From positions 1,111,689 through 1,175,688 of the forward strand of contig CAVWQW010000005.1 of the NCBI GenBank assembly GCA_963757275.1: a stretch of DNA of 64,000 nucleotides, given 5' to 3'. Below the pieces are notes generated by a model, which was given only the letters and a program-made list of their open reading frames with translations, did not search any database and was not told the DNA's origin. Source of the stretch: an uncultured Solirubrobacterales bacterium (lineage in GTDB: Bacteria > Actinomycetota > Thermoleophilia > Solirubrobacterales > Solirubrobacteraceae). Positions 9,638 through 19,368 of this stretch are shown here, piece after piece. The first letter of the stretch is position 1, and each line of letters starts with the position of its first letter. Made by a program: the position numbers and the translations under genes.

Positions 9638-10885
9638 CTAGAAGTCGCCCTCTTCGTGAGGCCCGACGCACGCCACCGCGAGCTCCTCGCTGATTCCCCG
9701 CGCGACGGCCGCGACCTCGTCGAACGTCACGCTGTCGACCGCGTCGATCGCCCTGTCGGGGTCGATGTCCTCCCCGTAGACGATCGCCTGGTGGGCCGCA
9801 TACCGGGCGACCGCCCCCGAGTTCTCGAAGGCCAGGACCCGGCGCCCGCCGGCGTACGCCCGCGCCCGCTCGACCTCCGCCTCGGTCGGTCCGTCGGTCC
9901 GCAGCTCGTCGACGATCTCCCGCATCCGCGTGTACGCCTCGATGCACTTCGACGAATCCAGGCCTGACGACAGCTGGAGGATCGACGAGTCCGCGAACGC
10001 GTGATCGACCGCCGAGACCGAGTAGCAGAGGCCTCGCTGCTCGCGGATCTCGTCGAACAGACGCGACCCCATCGACCCGCCGAGCAGGGTCGAGTAGATC
10101 GACAGTGCAGTCCGTTGCCGCCCGTCCGCCACGTCGATCTCCGGCCGGTAGATCATCCGCAGGTGCGACTGCTTGGTCTCACGCCCCTCGACCAGCTTCT
10201 TCGGCCTGAACGCCGGCACCGGCTCGTAGGGGTCCGGCGCCGGCCGGCTCGGGAAGCGGCCGAAGCGCTCCGAGAGCTCCACGTCGTCGGGCACGTGCGC
10301 CGTGTTCCCGACCAGGAAGACGCCCCCCCGCTCGCCCGCCCACCGGCGCGCCCGGAACGCGACGATCGCCTCACGGCTGAACGACCGCAGGTTCTCCTCC
10401 GGACCGAGCACCGTCCGCCCGAGCGGATGCTCGCCGAACGCCGCCCGGTCGATCAGGTACTCGGCGACCATCGACGGCTGGTCGTAGGCCCGGGCGATCT
10501 CCTGGATCACGACCCCCCGCTCCCGGTCGAGCTCCTCCGCGTCGATCCGCGGCCGACCCACGAAATCCGACAGGAGGTCGACCGCCGCCGGCGCCGACTC
10601 GGCTCTGACGGTGATGTGAAAGGCGACCAGGTCGTGGCTCGTGTAGGCGTTCAACATCGCCCCCATCCGCTCGGCCGTCTCGTTGACGTCCCGGTACGTC
10701 GGGTAGCTCTCGCCCCCCTTGAAGACCAGGTGCTCGAGGAAGTGAGCCATCCCGTTCTCCTCCGGCCGCTCACTCCTCGCCCCGGCGTCGAATGCCACGA
10801 GGATCGTCAGCGCACGCGTCCCCGAGACCGCGATCTTGTGAATCGGCAGCCCATTCGGCGCCGTCGTCGTCGTGATCTCGGTCAT
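9638..10885 (-). CDS. M16 family (pitrilysin/insulinase-like) zinc peptidase
   Basis: Inverted zincin motif HFLEHLVFKGG followed by a downstream E-rich region. The ATG at 10883-10885 (MTEITTTT) is preferred over the ORF start at 10924. Confidence 0.85.
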   Translation of the reverse strand: MTEITTTTAPNGLPIHKIAVSGTRALTILVAFDAGARSERPEENGMAHFLEHLVFKGGESYPTYRDVNETAERMGAMLNAYTSHDLVAFHITVRAESAPAAVDLLSDFVGRPRIDAEELDRERGVVIQEIARAYDQPSMVAEYLIDRAAFGEHPLGRTVLGPEENLRSFSREAIVAFRARRWAGERGGVFLVGNTAHVPDDVELSERFGRFPSRPAPDPYEPVPAFRPKKLVEGRETKQSHLRMIYRPEIDVADGRQRTALSIYSTLLGGSMGSRLFDEIREQRGLCYSVSAVDHAFADSSILQLSSGLDSSKCIEAYTRMREIVDELRTDGPTEAEVERARAYAGGRRVLAFENSGAVARYAAHQAIVYGEDIDPDRAIDAVDSVTFDEVAAVARGISEELAVACVGPHEEGDF

Positions 10886-11136
10886 CCGTCCACCCTTGAA
10901 GTCGCGTTCCCGGTCATCTCCCAACGGTACTCAATGCCGTGCAAATGCTCTTGCACGCACGGTCAAATGGCACACGGACGGCCTCTTGTGCTCTACGCTC
11001 GGCCCCGATGGCGACAACTGAGAAGTCTGACCGCCGCAGCAGGCGCGATCGTCCCGACCCAGCTCGTCCGGCCCGCGCCCCCCGCCCGGCCCCCCAACCG
11101 GTCCCTCGTCCCCGCCGGACGCCGGGCTCCGAGACG

Positions 11137-11880
11137 ATGATCGAGTTCCGGGAGGTCTGCAAGTCCTACGAGTCCGGAGACGTCGGCCTCGACGGCGCGA
11201 GCTTCGAGATCGAGCGCGGCGAGTGGGTCTTCATCGTCGGTTCGACCGGCTCCGGAAAGTCGACGATCATGCGCCTCCTGATCAAGGAGCTCGAGGCCAC
11301 CGCCGGCGCGATCGTCGTCGCCGGGCGCAACCTCGCCGACATCGACCGCAAGAAGGTCCCCTCCTACCGGCGCAACCTCGGCGTCGTCTTTCAGGACTTC
11401 AAGCTCCTCCCCAACCGGACGGTCTACGACAACGTCGCCTACGCCCTCCAGGTCACCGGCGCCGGCCGCAAGCAGATCCGTCAGACCGTGCCTGACATCC
11501 TCCGGCTGACCGGTCTCTCGACGAAGCTCCACAACTTCCCCGACCAGCTCTCCGGCGGCGAGCAGCAGCGGGTCTCGATCGCCCGGGCGTTCATCAACCA
11601 CCCGGCCGTCCTCCTTGCCGACGAGCCGACCGGCAACCTCGATCCGGAGACGTCGATCGGGATCATGCAGCTCCTCTACCGGATCAACCGCGCCGGGACG
11701 ACCGTCCTCGTGGCAACCCACGACTCGACGATGGTCGACAAGATGCGCCGCCGGGTCATCGAGGTCCGCAAGGGCCGCGTGATCCGCGACGAGAACGACG
11801 GTATGTACAGCCAGCGCGACCAGTCGACCGACGAGTTCACAGCGATGCTCCGCGACGAGAACACCCGGATCTCCTGGTGA
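11137..11880 (+). CDS. ftsE: cell division ATP-binding protein FtsE
   Basis: [11 protein letters not shown]..., Walker [10 protein letters not shown], signature [14 protein letters not shown], Walker [12 protein letters not shown]. Directly followed by ftsX. Confidence 0.93.
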   Translation: MIEFREVCKSYESGDVGLDGASFEIERGEWVFIVGSTGSGKSTIMRLLIKELEATAGAIVVAGRNLADIDRKKVPSYRRNLGVVFQDFKLLPNRTVYDNVAYALQVTGAGRKQIRQTVPDILRLTGLSTKLHNFPDQLSGGEQQRVSIARAFINHPAVLLADEPTGNLDPETSIGIMQLLYRINRAGTTVLVATHDSTMVDKMRRRVIEVRKGRVIRDENDGMYSQRDQSTDEFTAMLRDENTRISW

Positions 11881-11935
11881 CCTCGGGCGCCTGCGCATCG
11901 AGGCGGCCCGGCAGCGCTCGGCAGCCCCGCAGACC

Positions 11936-12814
11936 ATGAAGATCGGCTTCTTCCTCAAGGAATCGTCCCGCGCCCTGCGCCGGAACGCCGTCCCCAGCTT
12001 CGCCGCCCTCGCGACCGTCCTCGTCACGGTCCTCGTCCTCGGCGTCTTCATCCCCGTCGTCCAGGTCACGACCGGCGCGGCCAACGACGTCCGCAAGCGG
12101 GTCATCGTCGGCGTCTACCTCAAGAACGGCGCGACCCCCGCCCAGATCTCCCAGGTCGGCGGGATGCTCCGCGGCACGGCCCACGTCAAGACCGTCCAGT
12201 TCGTCTCCAAGGCCGCGGCTTTCGCCCAGCAGAAGAAGGCCGACCCGGCGGCCTACGCGATCGTCGACACCAACCCCCTCCCCGACTCCTTCAGGGTGAC
12301 ACCGGACAACCCGTCGAACGTCAACCTCGTCAGCGCCGCCCTCGTCAAGAACGGCAAGCCCGCCAACCCGGCGATCGAGACGGTCAACAACCGTCGCGAC
12401 GACGCCCAGAAGATCCTCACGGCGACCAGCCTGATCAAGGCGACGATGGGCATCCTCGCGATCCTCCTCGTGATCGCGTCGGTCCTCCTGATCTCGAACA
12501 CGATCCGCCTCTCCCTGTTTGCTCGCCGCCGCGAGGTCGAGGTGATGAAGCTCGTCGGCGCGACCGACTGGTTCATCCGCTGGCCCTTCGTGATCGAGGG
12601 CGTCCTCCTCGGCGCCCTCGGCGGCGTCCTGGCGATCGGCATGCTCCTGCTCGCGAAGTTCACCGTCGTCGACAGCATCGTCTCCGAGTTCTCGGTGATC
12701 GGCCGACCCAACACGATCAACTTCCCGCTCCTCGCCATCGTCCTGATGTGCTGCGCGGTCGCCGTCTCGGCCGCCGGCTCCGGGCTGTCGCTCCGCCGCT
12801 TCCTCCGCGTCTGA
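11936..12814 (+). CDS. ftsX: cell division permease-like protein FtsX
   Basis: N-terminal TM helix, an extracellular domain, then three C-terminal TM helices with EVEVMKLVGATDWFIRWPF, the FtsX hallmark. Confidence 0.9.
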   Translation: MKIGFFLKESSRALRRNAVPSFAALATVLVTVLVLGVFIPVVQVTTGAANDVRKRVIVGVYLKNGATPAQISQVGGMLRGTAHVKTVQFVSKAAAFAQQKKADPAAYAIVDTNPLPDSFRVTPDNPSNVNLVSAALVKNGKPANPAIETVNNRRDDAQKILTATSLIKATMGILAILLVIASVLLISNTIRLSLFARRREVEVMKLVGATDWFIRWPFVIEGVLLGALGGVLAIGMLLLAKFTVVDSIVSEFSVIGRPNTINFPLLAIVLMCCAVAVSAAGSGLSLRRFLRV

Positions 12815-12820
12815 CGCGAC

Positions 12821-12867
12821 GCCGGCCACCGCCCGGCCGCGCCGGCCACCGCCCGGCCAAGCCGGCC
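12821..12867. repeat. 20-nt tandem repeat (about 2.3 copies) just downstream of ftsX
   Basis: GCCGGCCACCGCCCGGCCGC, GCCGGCCACCGCCCGGCCAA, GCCGGCC. Begins 6 nt after the ftsX stop. Confidence 0.85.
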
Positions 12868-12940
12868 TTGCGGGTACGCTCTGGGCAATGATGCGGACCG
12901 GGACATCGGCGAGACCAGCAGCCTGGTCGCCCGACGTTCG

Positions 12941-14146
12941 ATGCGCTTGATGCTGGCCGACGCCCGCGCCCGCTCGGCAGCCGCCCTCGCCTTCCTGATG
13001 GTGCTGGCGGTCCTCCTCGTCGGGATCTACCTCGGCGGCCACCCGAGCGACCTCCCGGGGTTCCTCCAGAACCTGAGCGGGTCTCAGCCGACGGTGGTCG
13101 ATCAGGCGATCACCGAGCTGATGCACGACTACTACGTCCCGATCAGCCGCTCGACGCTCGACGACCACTCGCTCGCCGGCCTGGTCGCCGGACTCGGCGA
13201 TCGGTTCTCGTCGTATCTGACCCCGAAGGAGTACCACGACTTCACGACGTCGGCGGCCCAGCAGTTCGAGGGCATCGGCGTGACCGTCCTGTCGAACAAG
13301 CTCGGCCTCGAGATCACCCACGTGTTCGGGGGATCCCCGGCCGCGAAGGCCGGACTCGTCACGGGCGACGTGATCACGACGGCCGGCGGCAAGTCGCTGG
13401 CCGGTAAGACCGAGGCGGCCGGATCGGCCCTGATCAAGGGCAAGTCGGGGACGGCGATCGTGCTCGGCGTCAGCCACGCCGGCCACGTCCGCGACGTCTC
13501 GGTGACGCGGGCCGAGGTCCACATCCCGGTCGTCGCGTCGGCCATGCGGACCTACATGAACAAGAAGATCGCCGACATCGCGCTCGCGACGTTCACCTCC
13601 GGCGCACACGCCGAGGTCCGCGCCGCGGTCGACAGGCTGCTGCGTCAGGGGGCGCGGGGGGTCGTCTTCGATCTGCGCCACAACGGCGGCGGCCTCGTCG
13701 TCGAAGCCCGCCTGATCGCGAGCATCTTCCTCCCCGACGGACCGATCGTCACGACCCGCGGTCGGACCCAGCCGACGGTGACGCTGACCGCCGTCGGAGA
13801 CGCGATCCCCAGCACGATCCCGGTTGCCGTCCTCGTCGACAGGGGCACGGCCTCGGCCGCGGAGATCGTCTCCGGAGCCCTGCAGGATCGCCATCGGGCG
13901 ACGATCGTCGGGACGCACACGTTCGGGAAGGGCGTCTTCCAGGAGGTCACGCCGTTGTCGAACGGCGGCGCTCTCGACATCACGGTCGGCGAGTACTTCC
14001 TCCCGAGCGGGCGCAACCTCGGTGGCGGGGGGATCAAGCAGGGAGCCGGGATCACGCCCGACGTGCCGGTCACCGGCCAGCCCAAGCCGGGAAGCGACCC
14101 GGCGTTGACGGCCGGGCTGGGCGTGGTCGCAGCGAAGTTGAAGTGA
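12941..14146 (+). CDS. S41 family carboxy-terminal processing protease (PDZ domain)
   Basis: N-terminal TM helix, PDZ-like GSPAAKAGLVTGDVIT, and a catalytic region DLRHNGGG ... GTASAAEIVSGALQD ... GKG. Confidence 0.85.
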   Translation: MRLMLADARARSAAALAFLMVLAVLLVGIYLGGHPSDLPGFLQNLSGSQPTVVDQAITELMHDYYVPISRSTLDDHSLAGLVAGLGDRFSSYLTPKEYHDFTTSAAQQFEGIGVTVLSNKLGLEITHVFGGSPAAKAGLVTGDVITTAGGKSLAGKTEAAGSALIKGKSGTAIVLGVSHAGHVRDVSVTRAEVHIPVVASAMRTYMNKKIADIALATFTSGAHAEVRAAVDRLLRQGARGVVFDLRHNGGGLVVEARLIASIFLPDGPIVTTRGRTQPTVTLTAVGDAIPSTIPVAVLVDRGTASAAEIVSGALQDRHRATIVGTHTFGKGVFQEVTPLSNGGALDITVGEYFLPSGRNLGGGGIKQGAGITPDVPVTGQPKPGSDPALTAGLGVVAAKLK

Positions 14147-15867
14147 TCGCCCGGGCGGCCGTCCTCGAGCGGCGAGGACGGTTCACGGTCGCCCGTCCCC
14201 TCTTCGGGCGCCCGCGCGGCGAGGACGACTGGGGGAGCGGGCCGTTGACGGTCGACCCGGGCAAGGCCCGCGTCGGCGACCTCGTCCTCGTCTCGGTCAA
14301 GCCGGGATCCCGCGGCGCCCGCGGGAAGGTCATGAGGCGCCTCGGAAGACCCGACGTCGCCCGGGATGTGATCGAGGCCCTGATGCTCGACCGGGGCCTC
14401 CGCCGGCGCTTCGAGCCGACGCTCGAGCGGGCGGCGGCCGACGCGGCCGGGTCCGTCGGGGGCGGAGCGCCCGGGAGCCCGCGCCGGGACCTGCGCGACC
14501 TGGCGACGTTCACGATCGACCCGCGGGGGGCCAAGGACTTCGACGACGCGATCTCCGCGGCCCGCCTGGAGGACGGCGGGATCCGGGTGTGGGTCCACAT
14601 CGCCGACGTCTCGGCGTTCGTCGCGGCCGGCTCGCCCGTCGACCGGGAGGCCCGCCGGCGGGCGACGAGCGTCTACGTCCCGGGGGCGGTCGAGCCGATG
14701 CTGCCGCCGGCGCTCTCCAACGAGGCGTGCTCGCTCGTGCCGGGAAAGGATCGCCTGGTCGTGACCGCCGAGCTCGACTTCGACGGTGCTCGGGTCCGCC
14801 GGGCGTCGTTCTACCGGGCGGTGATCTGCTCGGACGAGCGACTCGACTACGACCGGGTCGATCGGATCTTCGGAGGCCGGGAGGACGCGCGGGAGCCGTG
14901 GGCTGAGCCGCTGGCGGCGGCTCGCGCGGCGGCCCGGGAGCTCGCGGCCGAGCGGGCGCGGCGGGGGGCGCTGGAGATCGTCAGCGGCGAGCCGGAGTTC
15001 GGGTTCTCACGGACGGGTGACGTCGTCGACATCCGGATCGGCGAGCAGACCGAGTCGCACGAGCTGATCGAGCACTTGATGATCGCGTGCAACGAGCAGG
15101 TCGCCAAGCTCCTGGACGCCGGGAAGGTGCCGACCCTCTACCGGGTCCACGAGCAGCCGGACCCGGCCCGGATCGAGCGGCTCGTCAGTCAGCTGGCGTC
15201 GCTCGACGTGCCGACGCCGCCGATTCCGAAGGTGATCTCGCCGTCGGGCGCGGCTGAGCTGGTCGGTGAGATCTCGCGGGCGGTCGACCGGCACGTCCGC
15301 GCGACCGGAAGGGGTCGCCTGGCGCTGACCTCGCTGGTCCTGCGGTCGCTCAAGCAGGCCTACTACTCACCGCGGAACCTCGGTCATTCGGGGCTGCGGT
15401 CGACCGGCTACTGCCACTTCACGTCGCCGATCCGCCGCTATCCGGACCTCGTCTGCCACCGGGCGGTGCTCTCGGCGATCGGGGCGGGCGAGCCGGCCCC
15501 GACGACGGGCGGCCTCGGCGAGCTGGGCGAGTGGACGTCCCAGCGGGAGCGGGCGGCGATGGAGATCGAACGCGCGGCCGACGACGTCGCGAGGTGCTTC
15601 GCCCTGATCGGAGAGGACCGCGACGTCGAGTGGGACGGGGAGATCGTCGGCCTGATCGGCGCGGGGGCGTTCGTCGAGTTCGGCGGCCGGTATGAGGGGA
15701 TGCTGGCGGTCCGCCGGATGCGCGGCGACTGGTGGGAGCTCAACGAGGAGGGGACGGTCCTCCACGGCGAGCGACGCGGCGGGACGCTTCGTCTGGGCGA
15801 CCCGGTCCGCGTCCGCGTCCACGCGATCGACGCCCCCCGCGGGCGCGTCGATCTCGAGCTGGCGTAG
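14143..15867 (+). CDS. RNB-family exoribonuclease (RNase R/II-like) with a C-terminal S1 domain
   Basis: The GTG start overlaps the upstream stop (GTGA). Contains FTIDPRGAKDFDDAIS, HIADVSAFV, SVYVPGAVEPMLP, FTSPIRRYPDLVCHR, and a C-terminal S1-like segment. Confidence 0.8.
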   Translation: MIARAAVLERRGRFTVARPLFGRPRGEDDWGSGPLTVDPGKARVGDLVLVSVKPGSRGARGKVMRRLGRPDVARDVIEALMLDRGLRRRFEPTLERAAADAAGSVGGGAPGSPRRDLRDLATFTIDPRGAKDFDDAISAARLEDGGIRVWVHIADVSAFVAAGSPVDREARRRATSVYVPGAVEPMLPPALSNEACSLVPGKDRLVVTAELDFDGARVRRASFYRAVICSDERLDYDRVDRIFGGREDAREPWAEPLAAARAAARELAAERARRGALEIVSGEPEFGFSRTGDVVDIRIGEQTESHELIEHLMIACNEQVAKLLDAGKVPTLYRVHEQPDPARIERLVSQLASLDVPTPPIPKVISPSGAAELVGEISRAVDRHVRATGRGRLALTSLVLRSLKQAYYSPRNLGHSGLRSTGYCHFTSPIRRYPDLVCHRAVLSAIGAGEPAPTTGGLGELGEWTSQRERAAMEIERAADDVARCFALIGEDRDVEWDGEIVGLIGAGAFVEFGGRYEGMLAVRRMRGDWWELNEEGTVLHGERRGGTLRLGDPVRVRVHAIDAPRGRVDLELA

Positions 15868-15878
15868 TCTGGACCGTT

Positions 15879-16358
15879 ATGGCCAAGAAGAGCAAGCGGA
15901 AGATCTCGGCGGGCGATGTCGCGTCGAACAGGTACGCGTCCTATCGCTACAACCTGCTCGAGCGATTCGAGTGCGGGGTGGTCCTCCAGGGGACGGAGGT
16001 CAAGTCCCTGCGGACCGGCGGCGCCCAGTTGAAGGACGGGTTCGCGGCGCTGAAGGACGGGGAGATGTGGCTGCGGAACGTCCACGTCCCACCGTATGCG
16101 CCGGCCAGCCGGGAGAACCACGAGCCCGAGCGCGAGCGGAAGCTGCTGCTCAACCGGCGCGAGATCGAGCGGATCGAGGCGCGCGTGGCCGAGCGGGGGT
16201 GGACCCTCGTGCCGACGCGGATCTACTTCAAGGGTCGCCACGCGAAGGTCGAGATCGCGCTCGCCCGGGGGAAGGACCTCCACGACAAGCGGGAGTCGAT
16301 GAAGGAGCGGGATTCCAAGCGCGAGATGGACCGCGCGCTTCGCGAGGTCAATTTCTAG
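15879..16358 (+). CDS. smpB: SsrA-binding protein SmpB
   Basis: MAKKSKRK..NRYASYRYNLLERFECGVVLQGTEVKSLR ... KLLLNRREIERI ... the canonical SmpB sequence pattern. Confidence 0.93.
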   Translation: MAKKSKRKISAGDVASNRYASYRYNLLERFECGVVLQGTEVKSLRTGGAQLKDGFAALKDGEMWLRNVHVPPYAPASRENHEPERERKLLLNRREIERIEARVAERGWTLVPTRIYFKGRHAKVEIALARGKDLHDKRESMKERDSKREMDRALREVNF

Positions 16359-16373
16359 CAGTCGGCGAAGCCG
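16359..16373. terminator. short hairpin between convergent smpB and the M50 gene
   Basis: GTCGGC-GAA-GCCGAC: 6-bp stem, no U-tract. Confidence 0.3.
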
Positions 16374-16379
16374 ACGGAT

Positions 16380-17474
16380 CTAATAGTGGGAGAAGCCGAC
16401 CGAGTGGGGGACGTAGGTCGCGTACATGGCCAGCGTCAGCGTGACCATCAGGCCAACGTAGACGCCGGCGACGGCCAGCCGTTGACGAGTCGTGACCCGG
16501 TAGTAGGCAGCCGTCTCGAGCGACCGCTCGCGGATCTGCTTCCAGCGCCGCCAGCTCTCGAGTCCGCCGAGGAGGGCGAAGAAGAAGAGAAAGGGATTGG
16601 CAGTCACGAGGCCGAGGCCGACCATCACGGCGAGGCCGACGAGCCACATCTTCGGAGACATCGCGGCCATCGCGCGGCCGCCGTCGAACGGGACGACGGG
16701 GATCAGGTTGAAGAGGTTGAGGAGGAAGCCCGTGTAGGCGAGGGCCTGGAGGAACGGGCTGGCGGTCGCGGCGGCGAGCACGGCAACCACGGCGGCGCCG
16801 AGCGAGCCGAGGATCGGGCCGGCGAGGCCGACGCGGGCCTCGGCGACGGCATTGTCGCCGAGCGACTTGGCCGAGATCATCGCGCCGAGGAAGGGGATGA
16901 ACATCGGCGCGCTGGCCTGGATCCCTTCGCGGCGCAGAGCGATCACGTGGCCCATCTCGTGGACGAAGAGGAGGATCACGAAGCCGACGGCGAACCACCA
17001 GCCGAAGAAGAGGCTGTAGGCGACGACCGAGACGATCGCCGTGGCCCCGGTCGTGAGGAGCTTGATCTTCGGGAGGATCAGGAGGATCGCCTTGAACTTG
17101 GCGACCACGGCGATGATCGCGGCGCCGATCGCCCCGAGCCGCTCGCGGATCCGGGAGCGCTTGGTCGGGCGAGGGACGGGCCGGCCGAAGGGATCGACCG
17201 CCGTCGGGGGGCCTACGGCGGCCGGGGCCGCCGAGCTCCACGTAATCGGGCCCCGGCTCTGGGGGGCGGAAGTGGGGGAGGAGGCGTCGGGGGCGTCGGC
17301 GGTCGCTCCCCGAGGCGGATCGGCAACGTCCACCAGCGTGGCGTCGGCCGGGGGTGTGGCGAGCGAGGTCGAGGGGGCGAGCGAGGTCGAGGAGGCGAGC
17401 GGGGTCGAGGGGGCGAGCGAGGACGAGGGGGCGAGCGAGGACGTGGGGGCGAGCGAGGTCGCGGGGTCTTTCAT
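16380..17474 (-). CDS. M50 family (site-2 protease-like) membrane metalloprotease with a repetitive N-terminus
   Basis: HEMGH zinc motif within a TM helix, and a second motif NLIPVVPFDGG. The ATG at 17472-17474 (MKDPATS) is preferred. The N-terminus carries SLAP(S/T)(S/T)-type repeats. Confidence 0.8.
   Translation of the reverse strand: MKDPATSLAPTSSLAPSSSLAPSTPLASSTSLAPSTSLATPPADATLVDVADPPRGATADAPDASSPTSAPQSRGPITWSSAAPAAVGPPTAVDPFGRPVPRPTKRSRIRERLGAIGAAIIAVVAKFKAILLILPKIKLLTTGATAIVSVVAYSLFFGWWFAVGFVILLFVHEMGHVIALRREGIQASAPMFIPFLGAMISAKSLGDNAVAEARVGLAGPILGSLGAAVVAVLAAATASPFLQALAYTGFLLNLFNLIPVVPFDGGRAMAAMSPKMWLVGLAVMVGLGLVTANPFLFFFALLGGLESWRRWKQIRERSLETAAYYRVTTRQRLAVAGVYVGLMVTLTLAMYATYVPHSVGFSHY
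17353..17468. repeat. 18-nt in-frame tandem repeat (about 6 copies) in the 5' part of the M50 protease gene
   Basis: Units of GAGGGGGCGAGCGAGGTC with variants. On the minus strand they encode SLAP(S/T)(S/T)-type hexapeptides. Confidence 0.85.
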
Positions 17475-17816
17475 CAGACCAGAGATTCTCGCAGGCCGAG
17501 CTTCTCGGCCGGTAAAACCTCGCGGCGGGGGCGTTGACAATTTCTTCGCATATTGCGGATCTTTGTGTCGATCGGCACTTGCCAGGGGCGAGCGACGAGT
17601 AGTAGATTCCGTCGCAGACGCGGACACCGAGTTGCGAAAGAGCGGGGCCACCGAGGTGGAAGGCGCCGTCACCCGAGACCGAAGGCCCTCGCCGGCCAAC
17701 GGACAACGGGTCCTCAGCGCAACTTGGGTCCGCGTTGTTTTCGTTGCGGCCTGAGGGCCGGCGGGAAGGGGCAGGATGAGCCGGCGGGAAGCGGCTAGGA
17801 TGAGGAGTGCATCCCC

Positions 17817-18178
17817 GGGGACGACAGGCTTCGACGTGGTCGGTTCGTGGGGGTGGTCGCGAGTCGAGGTCCCGGGCGGCCTCGTTAAACACCCGGGAAA
17901 ACCATAAGTGCGGACTCACATGAGTACGCCCTCGCTGCCTAGATAAACCTAGGCGAGTGAGGTCTCGGTCCCTGCAGCCTGCGGCGGGGTCAGCCGGGAT
18001 CAGATAGCAGGCTCACCCGGGAGGCCCGCCTTCGCCGAGCCGGGAAAATAACCAGAAGGCTGGTCCCTCGCAACCCAGCCGGCAAGGCTAGCGGGGGATG
18101 AGACCAGAGCGCCGGCTACGCTCGTAGACGCCACCCTTTACGCGATTGCGGACGTGGGTTCGATTCCCACCGTCTCCA
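17817..18178 (+). ncRNA. ssrA: transfer-messenger RNA (tmRNA)
   Basis: 5' GGGGACGACAGGCTTCGACG pairs with 3' CGTCTCC, including the G3:U wobble. T-arm GGGTTCGATTCCC. Tag ORF GCG GAC TCA CAT GAG TAC GCC CTC GCT GCC TAG (17910-17942) = ADSHEYALAA. After the discriminator A the genome reads CTA, so CCA is not fully encoded. Confidence 0.93.
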
Positions 18179-18389
18179 CTAGTTCAGTCAGCAGCGCAGA
18201 AGCGCGAAACCCAGCAGGGACGCGGGGAATCGCCTGCGAAGAGGGGCGAAGGACCGCGAAGGAAAAACCCTCGATTTGCGGGCGAGCCACGGTGGCCGGG
18301 TGACAAGCCGGTTGCGCCGGGGCCGATTTTGGGTCGCATGTCACCCAAGCGCGCGGTGGCCGATGTTCTCGGCTGATTCGGTTGCCTCG

Positions 18390-19291
18390 GGGAGACGTCG
18401 CCCGGCCGGTCGTTGCCGCCACTGTGGCCGGTCGACGTTCAACGGCTCGCAGACGTGTCGGACCCGCAGCTGCCCCGGGTACGGTCCGCTGGGGGCGGGC
18501 GATCAGCGGCGGAAGCTGTTTCGACAACCTCGTGGCCTTCGCCGACTTCGTCCGGGTCAAGGACCCGCTGGTCGTGATGTCCTCGGTGACGGCGCCGGGC
18601 GCCGACGTCCCGTGGGACCGGGCGTACTGCGAGAAGCTCGGGCCGCATAAGTGCTCGGGAGAGCTCGACCGGCAAGTGCGGCGGCGGGAAGCGCGCGAGT
18701 GGAACCGGACCGCGCCGGCGCGGTGGCGGGCGCTCCATCGCCGGGCCTACGTCGCCAACGGCCAGGGCGCACGGGACCGTCGACGCGCTGTGGATGCTCT
18801 GTCGCGTATGCGAGAAGCAGGGCCGCGGGGTCCTGCACGTCCACCCAGTCCTCGCGTGCGCGACACCCCGCCGGAAGGCGGTGGCCGGGCACTACCGCGA
18901 TCGGCTCGAGACGTGGGGCGGCGGTACGGATTCGGGTTCGCCTTGCGCGAATTCCGGCCGCAGCCGGGCCGGGCGGCGGCGTACGTGTCGGGATCTGCCA
19001 CGGCAAGCGCGAGAAGATGACGCTGCGGGAGGCGGTCACGACATCCGACATGCCGCGGTCGATCGTGCACTTCTCGCCGCGGCTGAAGCAGCGCAGGGCG
19101 TCACGATGCGAGAGCTGCGGTTCCGTCGCTTCGTTTGGGCTCGCCGGTCGGACGTGATGAGTAGCGGCGGTCCGTCGTTGATTACCGCGTCCCGGGCCTG
19201 CGCCGAACTCGAGCGCGAGCTCGGCCGGAACCCCTCTTCGGCCGAACAGCGGTGTCTGGTGGCCTGTGAGCGGCGCTCGAGGGGGCCGTGA
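18390..19291 (+). pseudogene. replication initiator (HUH/RepSA-like) gene of a plasmid or integrative element, disrupted by multiple frameshifts
   Basis: Recognisable segments are spread over all three + frames: CRHCGRS..CRTRSCPGYGPL.AGDQRRKLF; DNLVAFADFVRV..VTAPGADVPWDRAYCEKLGPHKCSG..EWNRTAPARWRALHRRA; EKQGRGVLHVHPVL (HUH-like); GYGFGF..AAAYVS; KMTLREAVTTSDMPRSIVHFSPRL; GVTMRELRFRRFVWA. Joining them needs at least five frame changes. Confidence 0.6.
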
Positions 19292-19368
19292 CGATCTGCC
19301 CGCGAGGAGATCGCGATGGCAGCGTCTCAAGGACGCTGTCGTCTGGTGGCCGGTGTAGGGTCCGGATC

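Noticed and set aside
10939-11136. A 66-codon N-terminal extension of FtsE from the ORF-track start.
   Set aside because: The extension is Arg/Pro-rich and low complexity, while the canonical FtsE N-terminus (MIEFREV) begins at 11137. The extension cannot be excluded without start-site data.
17535-17570. A TTGACA hexamer and A/T-richer stretch between the M50 gene and ssrA, considered as a promoter.
   Set aside because: No properly spaced -10 element could be paired with it on either strand, and it lies about 280 nt upstream of the mature tmRNA 5' end. It is plausible promoter territory, but I cannot place the elements.
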